Origin: Aureliella sp.
GTDB taxonomy: Bacteria > Planctomycetota > Planctomycetia > Pirellulales > Pirellulaceae
Length of the DNA: 64,000 bases
Reading direction: 5' to 3'
NCBI GenBank assembly: GCA_963691875.1
Contig: OY829846.1
Span: forward strand, 2,944,001 to 3,008,000
Position 1 is the first letter of the stretch; each line of letters starts with the position of its first letter. Positions 29,594 through 40,322 of this stretch are shown here, piece by piece. A program made the translations under genes and the position numbers. The notes beneath the pieces are model-generated. The model ran no database searches and was not told where the DNA came from. It saw nothing but the letters and a program-made list of their open reading frames with translations.

Positions 29594-30799
29594 TCACTTC
29601 ATGCCTTGATTGGTTAGCAAGTAAGTTCCGCTTTTGCCTGCGACAGCCAGGTCCATGTCACCGTCTTGGTCAAAGTCCTCAACCACGATCTGAAGGCCCG
29701 TTCCTACGTGCCCCTCTTCGATGATATGCCTTGTAAAGCTATTTTGCTTCTTGTCCCAGTTGTAGTAATACATGCAAGGCATTTCTTCGCCGCCGGGATC
29801 TTTTCCATTGTGGGCATAGTATCGCTTGCCCGTAATCAATTCTGGACGTCCGTCACCAGTAAGGTCAGCCCAAGCCAACGTGTGCGGTTGGCTGTATTGT
29901 TTGTCGATAAGATGCTCTTCCCATTTCGGCGTGCCTGCGGCATCCAAGCCTTGATTATGCCACCAGTACAAACCAAAATCGTGACCTTTGCCAAAGATCA
30001 AGTCATTTCTACCGTCACTGTCTAAATCTACCACAATCATCGGTAAACTAGCGTGCAAATCCCAGGCTTGGTGAAACTTCCAAGGCTGCTCCCAGGGATT
30101 CTCAGCTGGCTGCTCATACCAACCTTGGCCCACAAGCACATCCAACTTGCCATCACCACTCAAGTCACCGACGGCTAATCCGTGCCCATTGCCTTTCTCA
30201 CCGAGCGTGGCGGTTTTAAGCTCGTACTTGGCTGGTTGCGCTTTGGTTACCGCCTTCGGTGCTTTCTTAGCTAAACGCTGCACCAGCATCGGGGTATCTT
30301 TCTTCCAGCGATTGATGATCAACTCTGGAACGTTGTCGCCATCCAGGTCCTGTAGCAAGCCGCCTTCATTCTGCGCTTGCCCCGAGTCAAGCAGCAAATG
30401 TTGCTTCCAAAGCTGCCCAAGTCGCAAGCCCTTCTCGCCGGGGTTTTCGTACCAGTGAATCTCGGTCGGAATGAACGAGCCCGCAATGACATCAGGACTC
30501 CCATCTTGGTTGACATCAAAGACGTAGTCACCATTGCTTTGCACGTAGCCATTCCAATCGTCAATCTGACGCAGAGGTCGTGCTCGCCAATCTCCGTTGC
30601 GGTACCAGAATCGGCCCGCCACCAAGTCCATCTTGCCATCCTGATCTACGTCCGCCGCCGCTATACCTTCATTGGCATCGATGGCCAATCCCAACACGTC
30701 GAACTTCACTCCCGGCTCATTCGCTTGCACCAAAGTCATGCTCCCGAATATTAGAAACCCGCATAGGAAGAGAAGTGCAGATACTCGAAGGAAGTGCAT
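29594..30799 (-). CDS. FG-GAP/VCBS repeat secreted protein
   Basis: Signal peptide from MHFLR; repeated DVDQDGKMD, DVNQDGSPD, DLSGDGKLD, DFDQDGDMD. Confidence 0.9.
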   Translation of the reverse strand: MHFLRVSALLFLCGFLIFGSMTLVQANEPGVKFDVLGLAIDANEGIAAADVDQDGKMDLVAGRFWYRNGDWRARPLRQIDDWNGYVQSNGDYVFDVNQDGSPDVIAGSFIPTEIHWYENPGEKGLRLGQLWKQHLLLDSGQAQNEGGLLQDLDGDNVPELIINRWKKDTPMLVQRLAKKAPKAVTKAQPAKYELKTATLGEKGNGHGLAVGDLSGDGKLDVLVGQGWYEQPAENPWEQPWKFHQAWDLHASLPMIVVDLDSDGRNDLIFGKGHDFGLYWWHNQGLDAAGTPKWEEHLIDKQYSQPHTLAWADLTGDGRPELITGKRYYAHNGKDPGGEEMPCMYYYNWDKKQNSFTRHIIEEGHVGTGLQIVVEDFDQDGDMDLAVAGKSGTYLLTNQGMK

Positions 30800-31092
30800 A
30801 AGGTGATCCTGGAAGGAGTTGAAAGGCTGCCGAGGTAGGAAGGAACGCTGCAAGAGCACATTGAGCTGCTGATCCAGTGTGAACGCACAATCTGCCACAA
30901 GCAAGCATGAGGCATTTCCCGTAGACGAGTACGCGGGCAGCGATGTTACGGCAAAGTCTTGTATGGCATATAGGACGTGAATTCGTATAGCGTTAGCCGA
31001 AGGCGCCAGCTCAAATTGGCTTAACGGAGAAGAGCCTTTGCGCCTGAATTCGTAACCACATCCACGCGGGGGCAATGTCATGACGGATTCCG

Positions 31093-31521
31093 CTACGAGT
31101 CTCCCGCCAGATGGTCGTCGATCCAACTTTCCAGCTCATCCCAATCGACTGGCGGCAACTTGGATAGATCCGGCCGGAGTTTGACCGCTTCGTGGATGTA
31201 GACGTGATGAACTTCGTCCTGCGTCTTGTCGGTATTCCAGTGCAGTAGCACTCGAATGCACTTCTGCAGCGAACTCTCCACCGAAATCTCGTAACCGCAC
31301 AGCAGAGGCACGTTCAGCCAGCCGAGCTGCCGCGCTGCGTAAGCCGGAAACTCGGCGTCCAAGTCTTTGGTGACGGTAAACGTCGCGCTCGCGAGATCTT
31401 TCGAATCAATATCGTTGCGGCGAATCATCAGAGCTAACATCTGACGAGTCGCCTGCAGGATCTCGTCGCGAGAATTTTCGGGAACCGTCGTAGCACCTCG
31501 TACGCCTCGACAAACGCTCAT
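31093..31521 (-). CDS. aroH: Chorismate mutase, AroH class
   Basis: [30 protein letters not shown]...LRPD. Confidence 0.95.
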   Translation of the reverse strand: MSVCRGVRGATTVPENSRDEILQATRQMLALMIRRNDIDSKDLASATFTVTKDLDAEFPAYAARQLGWLNVPLLCGYEISVESSLQKCIRVLLHWNTDKTQDEVHHVYIHEAVKLRPDLSKLPPVDWDELESWIDDHLAGDS

Positions 31522-31732
31522 GGGGGATGCCTCGTTCCTTGCCTGGGGGTAGGGGAAAGAGTGAAACACTTGAATTCACGGTCCACCGGCGGTCCTTTGC
31601 ACTGCAAATAATGCACTCCGGCGACATTGGCTTGGACCAGCTCGACCGACCGCGACTACCGTACCATATGCTGGAGCGTTACCATATGAGTCTCAGGAAT
31701 TTTGAGATCCGCACTTTCTCGACGCAACCAAA

Positions 31733-33229
31733 ATGGACGAATCCCAGGCCGATTCCGGCTTTGATCCCAAGGAATACGCGATACTGATCGTCGACAACGA
31801 TCACGCCCACGCCCGAGCGATGACGGACAGCTTGGAGCGTGTCGGCTTCCGCTGCACCGTTGCAACCAGCGGTCCCGAGGGAATTAAGCAGATCGAGAAG
31901 AACATGTTTCATGTCGTTGTTACCGACTTGGTGATGAACGAAAAAGATGGCATGGAAGTTCTGCAAAAGGCGAAGTCCTCGTTGCCAGACTGCGAGGTGG
32001 TCTTGGTTACCGGCCATGCCACCGTCACGAAGGCCGTCGAAGCAATGCAGGAAGGTGCTTTCAACTTCCTCGAAAAGCCTATCACTCCTAGCCGTCTGCG
32101 AGCGGTCACGGGCAAAGCCGTCGAAGCAGTCAATCTGAAGCAAACCAACACCGAGCTACGGGCACGGCTCGACGAAAAATTTGGCTTCGAAGGCATCATC
32201 TACGCCAGCCCGAAGATGCAGGAAGTCATCGATAGACTGAAACGCATCGCGCCAACGGACGCGACCGTGTTGATCACGGGCGAAAGCGGTACTGGCAAAG
32301 AGATGATTGCTCAGGCAATTCACCAAAACAGCCCGCGAAAAAGCAAGCGAATGAAAGCCCTCAACACGCGGGCTGTATCGGAGACATTGGTTGAAAGCGA
32401 GCTATTCGGTCACGTCAAAGGTGCCTTTACCGATGCGGCCAGCGATCGAATGGGTGCTTTCGAGTACGCCGACGGAGGCACTCTGTTCCTCGACGAAGTC
32501 GGCGACATGCCGATGAGTACGCAAATCAAGCTGCTCCGAGTGCTCGAAGAACATCGCATCACACGCGTCGGCGACAACAAGTCGCTCAAGGTTAACTGCC
32601 GACTGCTTAGCGCCACCAATCGACCACTGGAAGCAATGGTCGAGGAAGGCTCCTTCAGGAATGATCTCTACTTCCGTCTGAACATAGTCACAGTGCAATT
32701 ACCTGCTCTGCGCGAACGCCCGGAAGACGTTGTGCCTCTGATGGACCACTTCCGCAAGATGTTCATCAAGCGTCACGGCAAGCCACAGTGTAGTTTCGCG
32801 CCAGCGGTGACCAAACGTTTCTATAGCTACGAGTGGCCAGGCAACATCCGACAACTCCGTAACTTTGTCGAAACCATGGTGGTGCTCGATACCGACGGCA
32901 CGTTAGACCTCGATGACCTACCACCTGAACTTGCTCTAGAAAGCGATGTTGGAAGCGGAGACACAGGTTCTGCAGAGAATTCCACAGTCACTCTGCCTAG
33001 CTCCGGAGATTCGAGTTTGCTTGGCCGGAGTATGGCCGAGATCGAACGCTGGGCTATTGAAGAAACCCTGAAGATGACAGCTGGCAATCGCGAAGAAGCC
33101 GCGAAAATCCTCAGCATCGGCTCACGAACGCTGTACCGCAAGCTGGATAAGTACAGGCAAGACGATGGCGATGAAGCGGCGGATGCACCCGAGGGATCCG
33201 CCACGGATTTAGCTGAGCCCTCCGAGTAA
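31733..33229 (+). CDS. Sigma-54-dependent response regulator (NtrC family)
   Basis: Receiver domain, GESGTGKE, ESELFGHVKGAFTDA, LFLDEVG, WPGNIRQL, Fis-type HTH. Confidence 0.95.
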   Translation: MDESQADSGFDPKEYAILIVDNDHAHARAMTDSLERVGFRCTVATSGPEGIKQIEKNMFHVVVTDLVMNEKDGMEVLQKAKSSLPDCEVVLVTGHATVTKAVEAMQEGAFNFLEKPITPSRLRAVTGKAVEAVNLKQTNTELRARLDEKFGFEGIIYASPKMQEVIDRLKRIAPTDATVLITGESGTGKEMIAQAIHQNSPRKSKRMKALNTRAVSETLVESELFGHVKGAFTDAASDRMGAFEYADGGTLFLDEVGDMPMSTQIKLLRVLEEHRITRVGDNKSLKVNCRLLSATNRPLEAMVEEGSFRNDLYFRLNIVTVQLPALRERPEDVVPLMDHFRKMFIKRHGKPQCSFAPAVTKRFYSYEWPGNIRQLRNFVETMVVLDTDGTLDLDDLPPELALESDVGSGDTGSAENSTVTLPSSGDSSLLGRSMAEIERWAIEETLKMTAGNREEAAKILSIGSRTLYRKLDKYRQDDGDEAADAPEGSATDLAEPSE

Positions 33230-33339
33230 TCGCCACCAACCCAGTAGCTGAGAAACGAAGTCAAGCTCCTTTGCTCGTGCGGAGAAGGCCACGAGCAGAT
33301 TGCCCCAAGATTTGATCCCCGAAGAGTACGGAAGCATTC

Positions 33340-35283
33340 ATGCCAACCATTCGCCAACTACCACCCAGCTTGGTCAATAAGATCGCAGCGGGCGAAGTCA
33401 TCGAGCGACCTGCGAGCGTCGTAAAGGAGTTGCTCGAGAATGCCATCGACGCGGGTGCCACCAGTATCGAGCTGGCGATTGAAGGTGGTGGCATCGATTT
33501 GCTACGCATCAGCGACAACGGCTGTGGAATCAATCCCGAACAAATCCCTCTCGCACTTGCCAGTCACGCAACCAGCAAGCTTGAGTCGGCAGATGATCTA
33601 TTCGATGTTCACACGCTTGGATTTCGCGGCGAAGCCTTAGCCTCGATAGCCGAAATTAGCCACTTGCTGATGCGGACCCGGACATCTGGCTCAGACTCAG
33701 GTTCTGAAGTTACGGTGCGGGGAGGCGAGGCCAGCGAGATCTATCCAACGGGTTGCCCTGTTGGTACCACATTCGAAATCCGTCATCTGTTTTTCAATAC
33801 TCCGGTGCGCAAGAAGTTCTTGAAGACACCGCAAACCGAAGCCAGTCACATCACTGAAGCTTTCACTCGGATCGCGTTGGCGTTTCCTCGAGTGAAAATG
33901 ATGATGACCAATGGCAAGCGAACGGTATTTGACTTGCCGGCCACTGATTCCTGGAAAGAACGTATTAGGGCATTCTTCGGCGACGAGATCGCGGATTCCT
34001 TGATCGCGGTTGAGAGCGAATCGGACCAAGCGAAATTGGTTGGCTATGTGGCCGATCCATCGGTCAGTCGCAGCAATAACCGCATGCAGTATCTGTTTTT
34101 GAACGGACGACACATCAAGGACCGCAGCTTGCAGCATGCATTAGGCGAAGCCTATCGTGGCTTGCTGATGGTCGGACGTTTTCCGGTTTGTTTCCTGCGT
34201 CTGACTTTGCCCCCTTCGATGGTGGACGTCAATGTGCACCCGACCAAGATGGAAGTGCGATTCCAGGAAAGTGGCAAGCTCTACAGCCAAATGCTGCGGA
34301 CGCTGCGTCACGAATTCTTGACTAGTGATTTGACGGCGCGAGCTCGTCATGTGCCCGGACCGGCGCCGGCAGGGCTACGTGAAGAGTCCAAGCAAGCTAC
34401 GGAACCAGCGACTTCGTCCATGAGATACGAGGACCGTTGGTCCGATCATTCGAATCGTATGACTCAAGTCACGCCAACACTGAATCTGACTCAAACCACG
34501 CCCGAGTTTAAGCCTTTCCCGACCGATCGCAGTTTGGCAAGCAGCTCCGCTGGTGGTGCTGCGACCGATATCAACCCATCACTTGCGCCGCTGCCCGATA
34601 GTCCTATTCCAGCTCCGAGCCAGGAATTGCCTTCGTCATCTGGCGATGAAGACCAAATCCAACGCTGGGACGCAGCCCGTACCGTAGAAGCGAAAGTTCC
34701 AGCCCCAGCGCACAGCCACCTTGGTTTTCAGGTGCACCAACGTTACTTGGTGACACAAGATGAGTCGGGTATGGTCGTGATTGACCAGCACGCTTTGCAC
34801 GAACGAATTCTTTACGAGCAACTGCGTGAGAAGTCGGAAGCCAAGACGATGGAAAAGCAACAGCTGCTAGTCCCAGAACCTTTGGACCTGACAGCGCAAG
34901 AAGCTGCTGCAGCACTCGAGCATAAAGAATTACTGTCAGAGATCGGAATCGAGATTGAGCCCTTTGGGGGCGACACCGTACTAATGACGGCATATCCAGC
35001 GCTGCTCGCCAAGCTACGACCTGCCGAAGTAATGCGACAAGTGCTCGAGCCGCTGATGGCCGGTGGCAAAGAACCTAGTTCGCGTGACGTGCTGGACGAA
35101 TTGTTGCACATGTTCGCTTGCAAGGCTGCGATCAAGGCGGGTGACAAGCTAGCTGAAGAAGAGATCACTGCTTTGCTGGAGCAACGCGATCATTACCAGG
35201 ACACGCATCACTGCCCTCACGGCCGTCCCACTGCTTTGTTCTTCAGTCGTGAACAACTCGACAAGATGTTCGGCCGCACCTAA
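33340..35283 (+). CDS. mutL: DNA mismatch repair endonuclease MutL
   Basis: IAAGEVIERPASVVKELLEN, GFRGEAL, DQHALHER, CPHGRP. Confidence 0.98.
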   Translation: MPTIRQLPPSLVNKIAAGEVIERPASVVKELLENAIDAGATSIELAIEGGGIDLLRISDNGCGINPEQIPLALASHATSKLESADDLFDVHTLGFRGEALASIAEISHLLMRTRTSGSDSGSEVTVRGGEASEIYPTGCPVGTTFEIRHLFFNTPVRKKFLKTPQTEASHITEAFTRIALAFPRVKMMMTNGKRTVFDLPATDSWKERIRAFFGDEIADSLIAVESESDQAKLVGYVADPSVSRSNNRMQYLFLNGRHIKDRSLQHALGEAYRGLLMVGRFPVCFLRLTLPPSMVDVNVHPTKMEVRFQESGKLYSQMLRTLRHEFLTSDLTARARHVPGPAPAGLREESKQATEPATSSMRYEDRWSDHSNRMTQVTPTLNLTQTTPEFKPFPTDRSLASSSAGGAATDINPSLAPLPDSPIPAPSQELPSSSGDEDQIQRWDAARTVEAKVPAPAHSHLGFQVHQRYLVTQDESGMVVIDQHALHERILYEQLREKSEAKTMEKQQLLVPEPLDLTAQEAAAALEHKELLSEIGIEIEPFGGDTVLMTAYPALLAKLRPAEVMRQVLEPLMAGGKEPSSRDVLDELLHMFACKAAIKAGDKLAEEEITALLEQRDHYQDTHHCPHGRPTALFFSREQLDKMFGRT

Positions 35284-35352
35284 GTCATGCCCAATAATCC
35301 CCGTATTGGGATTCGCCAGAATTCCTCCTCTCCACCTCCGAGGATTTTTAAC

Positions 35353-35448
35353 CTAGTGGGATTCAGCGGAACCCCACACGCCCGACCACTCGCCAGGAAT
35401 ACGTCTGCCAGAAATCCCAGGAATAGGATTTCTGTCGAAATCCACTAC
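35353..35448. repeat. GTAG-type REP-like inverted repeat (family B)
   Basis: Right arm revcomp GTAGTGGATTTCGACAGAAATCC; left arm TAGTGGGATTCAGCGGAACCCC; related copy at 47671-47691. Confidence 0.6.
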
Positions 35449-35515
35449 AAGGCTTGACGCTCGATGAACCTCGAGCGCCAAGATGCAACTAGCAGTTCAA
35501 CCGTAAGACCAGGGC

Positions 35516-37729
35516 TTACTTCGACGGAAACAATCGCTCACGAAGATAAGAATAAGCCAGCGACTGCATATAAGCCCGCTGCTTATTGTTCGCCGCTCCA
35601 CCGTGACCGCCTTCGATGTTCTCGTAGTAAGTCACGTCGTGGCCTTGTGCCTTCATCAGAGCCATCATCTTCCGAGCATGACCGGGATGCACTCGGTCAT
35701 CTCGAGTGGAAGTCGTGAACAACACTGCAGGGTACTTGGTCGATTTCTCGATGTTTTGATATGGCGAATAACTCTTGATGAAGCTCCATTCGCCAGGCGA
35801 GTCGGGATCTCCATACTCGGCCATCCAACTTGCACCAGCCAGGAGCAGGTGATAGCGTCGCATGTCGAGCAATGGCACTTGGCAGACGGCTGCTGCAAAC
35901 AAGTCGGGATAAATCGCGACCATGTTGCCAACAAGCAAACCACCGTTGGAGCCGCCTTGGATTCCTAGCCGCTTCTTGCTGGTAACTTTTCGCTCCATCA
36001 AATCCTTGGCAACCGCCGCGAAATCTTCGTAGGCACGCAGGCGATTTTCCTTCAATGCAGCTTGGTGCCAACGTGGGCCGTATTCACCGCCGCCACGGAT
36101 ATTGGCGACCACGTAAACGCCGCCTTGGCTGGTCCACGCCCGGCCAACACTTGCGCTGTAACCGGGCGTAAGCGAGATCTCAAATCCACCGTAGCCATAG
36201 AGAAGAGTCGGATTGTCACTGTCGAGCTCGATGTCCTCTTTGGCGACCATGAAATAAGGCACTTTGGTGCCGTCTTTGCTCGTCGCAAAATGCTGGGTTA
36301 CCGCTAAGCCCTCGGCATCATAAAGCGGCGTCAGCTGTTTCAATTGCTCTGGCTCGCCACCAATCTCACCATAGTAAAGAGTCGTCGGGTTCAAGTAATC
36401 GCTAGAAGTCATCCAGTATGCATTCGATTCGTCTGGATCCACCGGTCGAACGCTCACGGTACCAATCTTCGGAGCTCCTTTCAGCGTTTCTTTCTTCCAG
36501 CCATCGCCTTCGGCCGTCAGAACATAAATACGATTCTTCACGTCCTCCAGCACGTTCAAGATCAAGTGATCCTTCGTGGCCGAGAAGCTAGCGAGCGACG
36601 AATTCTCTGTGGGCTCAAATGCAACATCCAGCTCGCGTTTGCCAGCCATGTAGTCATCGAAATTGGCGACCAGCAAAGAGCCCGCTTTGTAGTCTTTGCC
36701 TTCAACGCTCCAAGGCTCACGAAGTTCCAGCAACAGGTAATCGTGAAAAACTCCTTTGTTCGCGCTGTTAGGAGCTTCGATCTGCGTTAGCTTGCCATCG
36801 TCGGAACGAAGGTACAACTCGTCGTTATAAAAGGCTAGAGTTCGACTCACGAAGTTACGCTCGTATCCCGGCGAATCATCGTGCGAAGCAGAGATGTACA
36901 TATCCTCTGGCTTGCCTTCATACACGACTTCAGCCTCACTCAGTGGCGTACCTCTTTTCCAGAGTTTGACGATACGCGGGTAGCCGGAGCTTGTTTGCGA
37001 ACCTTCACCAAAGTCAGTGAAGACAAAAACGCTATTGCGATCCACCCAGCCAATTCCGCCCTTTGCCTCAGGACGTTCGAAGCCTCCTTTGACGAAAGCC
37101 TTAGTCTTCATGTCAAACTCGCGTGTTACCGATGCGTCCGCACCGCCACGTGAAAGATCGACGAGCGCCAGGTCGTAGTCTGGCCGCAGAATGCTTGCAC
37201 CATCCCAAACCCAATTCTCGCCTTCTTCTTCGGCCAGCTTGTCGAGGTCGAGAATCACTTCCCATTCAGGCTCTTCCTTGCGGTACTCATCCAGAGTTGT
37301 TCTCCGCCACAGCCCGCGAACGTTGTTCTTGTCTCGCCAAAAGTTGTAGTAGTAATCGCCAGACTTAGAGATAAACGGAATGCGCTCATCAGAATCCAAA
37401 ATCTTCAATAAGTCTGCCTGCAATTCTTGGAACGCTTGGTTAACTTCGAAATGCTCCTGAGTCACTTTATTCTGAGCACGAACCCAATTCAATGCTTTCT
37501 CACCTGTGACGTCCTCCAACCACAGATAAGGATCTTCCTCAGCCGTCACATCGGAGTTCTTACGAGGTTCTTCGGTTTGGACGGCGGCAGACAACTTGCG
37601 ATTTCCTTCTTGGGCCATAACGGAAGATGTCGCGGTAGAATAAATGACAAAGAATGCCAAAGCTATCGCAAGCGGTGAGCAAATAGCGGCATAATTCTTG
37701 ACGCGCGACTCATACAATTCAAGGTGCAC
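35516..37729 (-). CDS. Prolyl oligopeptidase (S9A)
   Basis: DPYLWLE, YGYGGF, NIRGGGEYG, GGSNGG, DDRV, GGHG; GTG start after GGAG. Confidence 0.95.
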   Translation of the reverse strand: MHLELYESRVKNYAAICSPLAIALAFFVIYSTATSSVMAQEGNRKLSAAVQTEEPRKNSDVTAEEDPYLWLEDVTGEKALNWVRAQNKVTQEHFEVNQAFQELQADLLKILDSDERIPFISKSGDYYYNFWRDKNNVRGLWRRTTLDEYRKEEPEWEVILDLDKLAEEEGENWVWDGASILRPDYDLALVDLSRGGADASVTREFDMKTKAFVKGGFERPEAKGGIGWVDRNSVFVFTDFGEGSQTSSGYPRIVKLWKRGTPLSEAEVVYEGKPEDMYISASHDDSPGYERNFVSRTLAFYNDELYLRSDDGKLTQIEAPNSANKGVFHDYLLLELREPWSVEGKDYKAGSLLVANFDDYMAGKRELDVAFEPTENSSLASFSATKDHLILNVLEDVKNRIYVLTAEGDGWKKETLKGAPKIGTVSVRPVDPDESNAYWMTSSDYLNPTTLYYGEIGGEPEQLKQLTPLYDAEGLAVTQHFATSKDGTKVPYFMVAKEDIELDSDNPTLLYGYGGFEISLTPGYSASVGRAWTSQGGVYVVANIRGGGEYGPRWHQAALKENRLRAYEDFAAVAKDLMERKVTSKKRLGIQGGSNGGLLVGNMVAIYPDLFAAAVCQVPLLDMRRYHLLLAGASWMAEYGDPDSPGEWSFIKSYSPYQNIEKSTKYPAVLFTTSTRDDRVHPGHARKMMALMKAQGHDVTYYENIEGGHGGAANNKQRAYMQSLAYSYLRERLFPSK

Positions 37730-37914
37730 TTTAATGTCTCCTATGCAGGGAATACAGACGTGGTAGGTCGAATGCCTGCAGTTCCGCCACCAAGGAGACA
37801 CGCATCCCACGCAGATATTCGACACTTCCCAGTTTCACACAAGAGCGTAGACGCGAACAGTAGTCGTTCTTGAGCGAGTTGGAGAAACTCCAGAAACGAC
37901 TGTCTTGAGAACCG

Positions 37915-38388
37915 GTGAGTGACTCTCCCTACGAACCAGCTAACTTGGAATCGGACTTAGATTCCGGGGACACACCATCCTCAGCACTAGTACTCGTGCT
38001 GTGGGCTCTTACGTCTGTTAACGTTCTCCTGGCGGCACTTGTGCTCTTCCTAGAACCATATGTGGAGTCTTTCCTAGCGAACAAACTCCCTGGGCCTTAC
38101 ATGCCGGACGCCTTTAAAAACTTGAATCAGAACATGCCCTTGATGATGATCCTCGTCGCGACAAGCTCAGCGCCGGCATCCTGAAACGTAATGCAGCGCC
38201 GGTACAAGATGCTAGTGCCACTCTTAGTTGAGCCAGGGATGTGTTTCATTGGCGGGTGCGTGACTGAGAACTGGGGCGATCCGAGCGGGTTTCATTTAGT
38301 TGCTCTGACATCCCTTGGCATGCTAATCTCCCGTGCTATCACGGCGGTGTTGATGAGCAGCCAGAATTCACGTCGTCATAACAAATGA
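37915..38388 (+). pseudogene. Membrane protein gene interrupted by in-frame TGA (38182-38184)
   Basis: ORFs 37915-38184 and 38191-38388 are in one frame, separated only by TGA AAC GTA; hydrophobic pattern continues. Confidence 0.55.
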
Positions 38389-38489
38389 CTGAATACACTG
38401 TTCCGCCAATGGATCATCCTAACGCTTAGCACGGGCGGAAAAGCCATCCCGGCGCGAGAGAGTCCAGTATATCTCTCCGAATTTTCGCT

Positions 38490-39356
38490 TTGAGAGCTGC
38501 CATCTTCTCTTTGCCTCTCGCTTTCCTGGTTTTCGACTGTGGACGAAAGGCACCCGAACTACCTGAACTCGGGAAGCCCTCGCCGGTCATCGACATTCAC
38601 GGGCCACCGGCAGAGCCGGAAGAAACTGATATGCTTAGAGAAAATCCACTGTTGCGAGCAGTTGTTGAATTCGAAATGTGGGAATTGGGCTCGCCAGAAG
38701 AACTCCGACTTCGCGTCATCGTGAAACGCCCAGCGATGGAGGTGGATCGCAAGTATTGGACTAGCAATTTAGCTTACGCCGATCTCGGCTGGATGGAGAG
38801 TGCCCGAGTTTGGGATAGGGCCGAACAGTGGCTGTGACCCAATCTCCCCTCCCTCGCAAATCGCCACGGCAAGGAACGCGTAGAGCGCTATGGCGGAGTA
38901 GATCCTGGGAAAGGCATCGATAACGACTTTGGAGCGATGCTTATTCAACAGTACGATCTGGCAGGTAGAGTGGAACTGCCTCACTCAAAGCAAACTCCAC
39001 AGGTGTCTGCCAGTGGGCATCCGCATGAAGCCGAGTCCATCGATGAACGATCGATTATGCATCAGGCTGCAACCGATCACTTTTCAGTACCTCTGGGCAA
39101 GCAGCGCTCAGGCGGCAAAATACAGTTATGGCTTGTCTACCCAGATGTCCTTGGCTCGCGAGTACGCGCGCGTCCGCCCAAAGCACCAGAGTGGGCTGGC
39201 GGCATCCTGGCTTATTGCGAAATCGAATGGCAAGACGCGGACAACGATAACTTACTCGGAAGCATCCCGCAGAAACGCCCCACAGCAAGCACGGGTTTCG
39301 ACTGGGAGACTTGGTCCACTACCGGGCGAGCCAAATCGAGACTTGCCGCAGACTAG
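38490..39356 (+). pseudogene. Lipoprotein-like hypothetical gene interrupted by in-frame TGA (38835-38837)
   Basis: ORFs 38490-38837 and 38937-39356 share a frame with no other stop between them (...EQWL*PNLPSL...FGAMLIQQ...). Confidence 0.55.
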
Positions 39357-39606
39357 CAACACCCCCTCCACAGGTGGGTAATGGGAGGGTAGCGAATTTG
39401 CGCCAAGGAAAAATCGGAAATATCGTCTGTAGCGGGACAAGAGATTGCAACGGACATTTGCCGCATTAAGGCTTCCAGCTCGCCGTTAGCCCCCGTTTAA
39501 AGCCAGCAAGGGCGGGCAAACCGGTAAATCTTGCATGCTGTGGCCCCGGAGCTCCTCCCTAAGTAGCACTTGCTATTCAGAAATGAAGGGATAAATATTG
39601 GGCACC

Positions 39607-40299
39607 ATGAATACCGCCACAGCGACTGCCGCAATGCAGCAATTAAGGAGCGAAGAGGCAATTGTTTTGCCCAGCCTCCTGCTTTGCGACTTTGGCAATT
39701 TGGAACGCGAGCTCGAACGCCTGGAAAAAGCAGGCGTAAAAGCCCTTCATCTTGACGTGATGGACGGTCAGTTCGTTCCCAATTTGACATACGGCATGCC
39801 GATCGTGGAGGGAATTCGAAAGCGAACGAGCCTGCCGATCGATGTGCATCTGATGATCGCAGAGCCGAGCAAGTTTGTTTCGCAGTTCGTGGATGCTGGT
39901 GCCGATTGCATTACGATTCACGCTGAAGTGGAAGAGAACTACGTCGAGGTCCTCGACCAAATTCGTGAGCTTGGTGTCGGAGTAGGCTTAGCCATCAATC
40001 CCGACACCGCCTTGGAAGAAGTCGCCAAGGTGCTCCCGAATATCGACATGTTGCTCACCATGAGCGTCAATGCCGGGTTTGGAGGTCAGGCCTTCAATCC
40101 TGTGGTACTGGAAAAATTAAGTACAGCTCGAGCTCAGCATGAACATTTGCTGCTCGAAGTCGACGGAGGGATCAATCTCGAGACGATAGGCGGCTGCTTC
40201 CAAGCCGGAGCCAGTTTGTTTGTGGTCGGTTCGGCCATCTTCAAGCAGGAAGATTATCGAATCGCTGTCGAGAGATTACGTGAAGCCATTGGAAGGTAA
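39607..40299 (+). CDS. rpe: Ribulose-phosphate 3-epimerase
   Basis: PSLL, HLDVMDGQFVPNLTYG, DVHLM, MSVNAGFGGQ, EVDGG. Confidence 0.96.
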   Translation: MNTATATAAMQQLRSEEAIVLPSLLLCDFGNLERELERLEKAGVKALHLDVMDGQFVPNLTYGMPIVEGIRKRTSLPIDVHLMIAEPSKFVSQFVDAGADCITIHAEVEENYVEVLDQIRELGVGVGLAINPDTALEEVAKVLPNIDMLLTMSVNAGFGGQAFNPVVLEKLSTARAQHEHLLLEVDGGINLETIGGCFQAGASLFVVGSAIFKQEDYRIAVERLREAIGR

Positions 40300-40322
40300 T
40301 GGAACTAAACTCGTAGGGTGTA

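Noticed and set aside
32410..32440. GAFTDA as a sign of sigma-54 independence
   Set aside because: The critical F-T residues are retained and GAFTDA is a common variant
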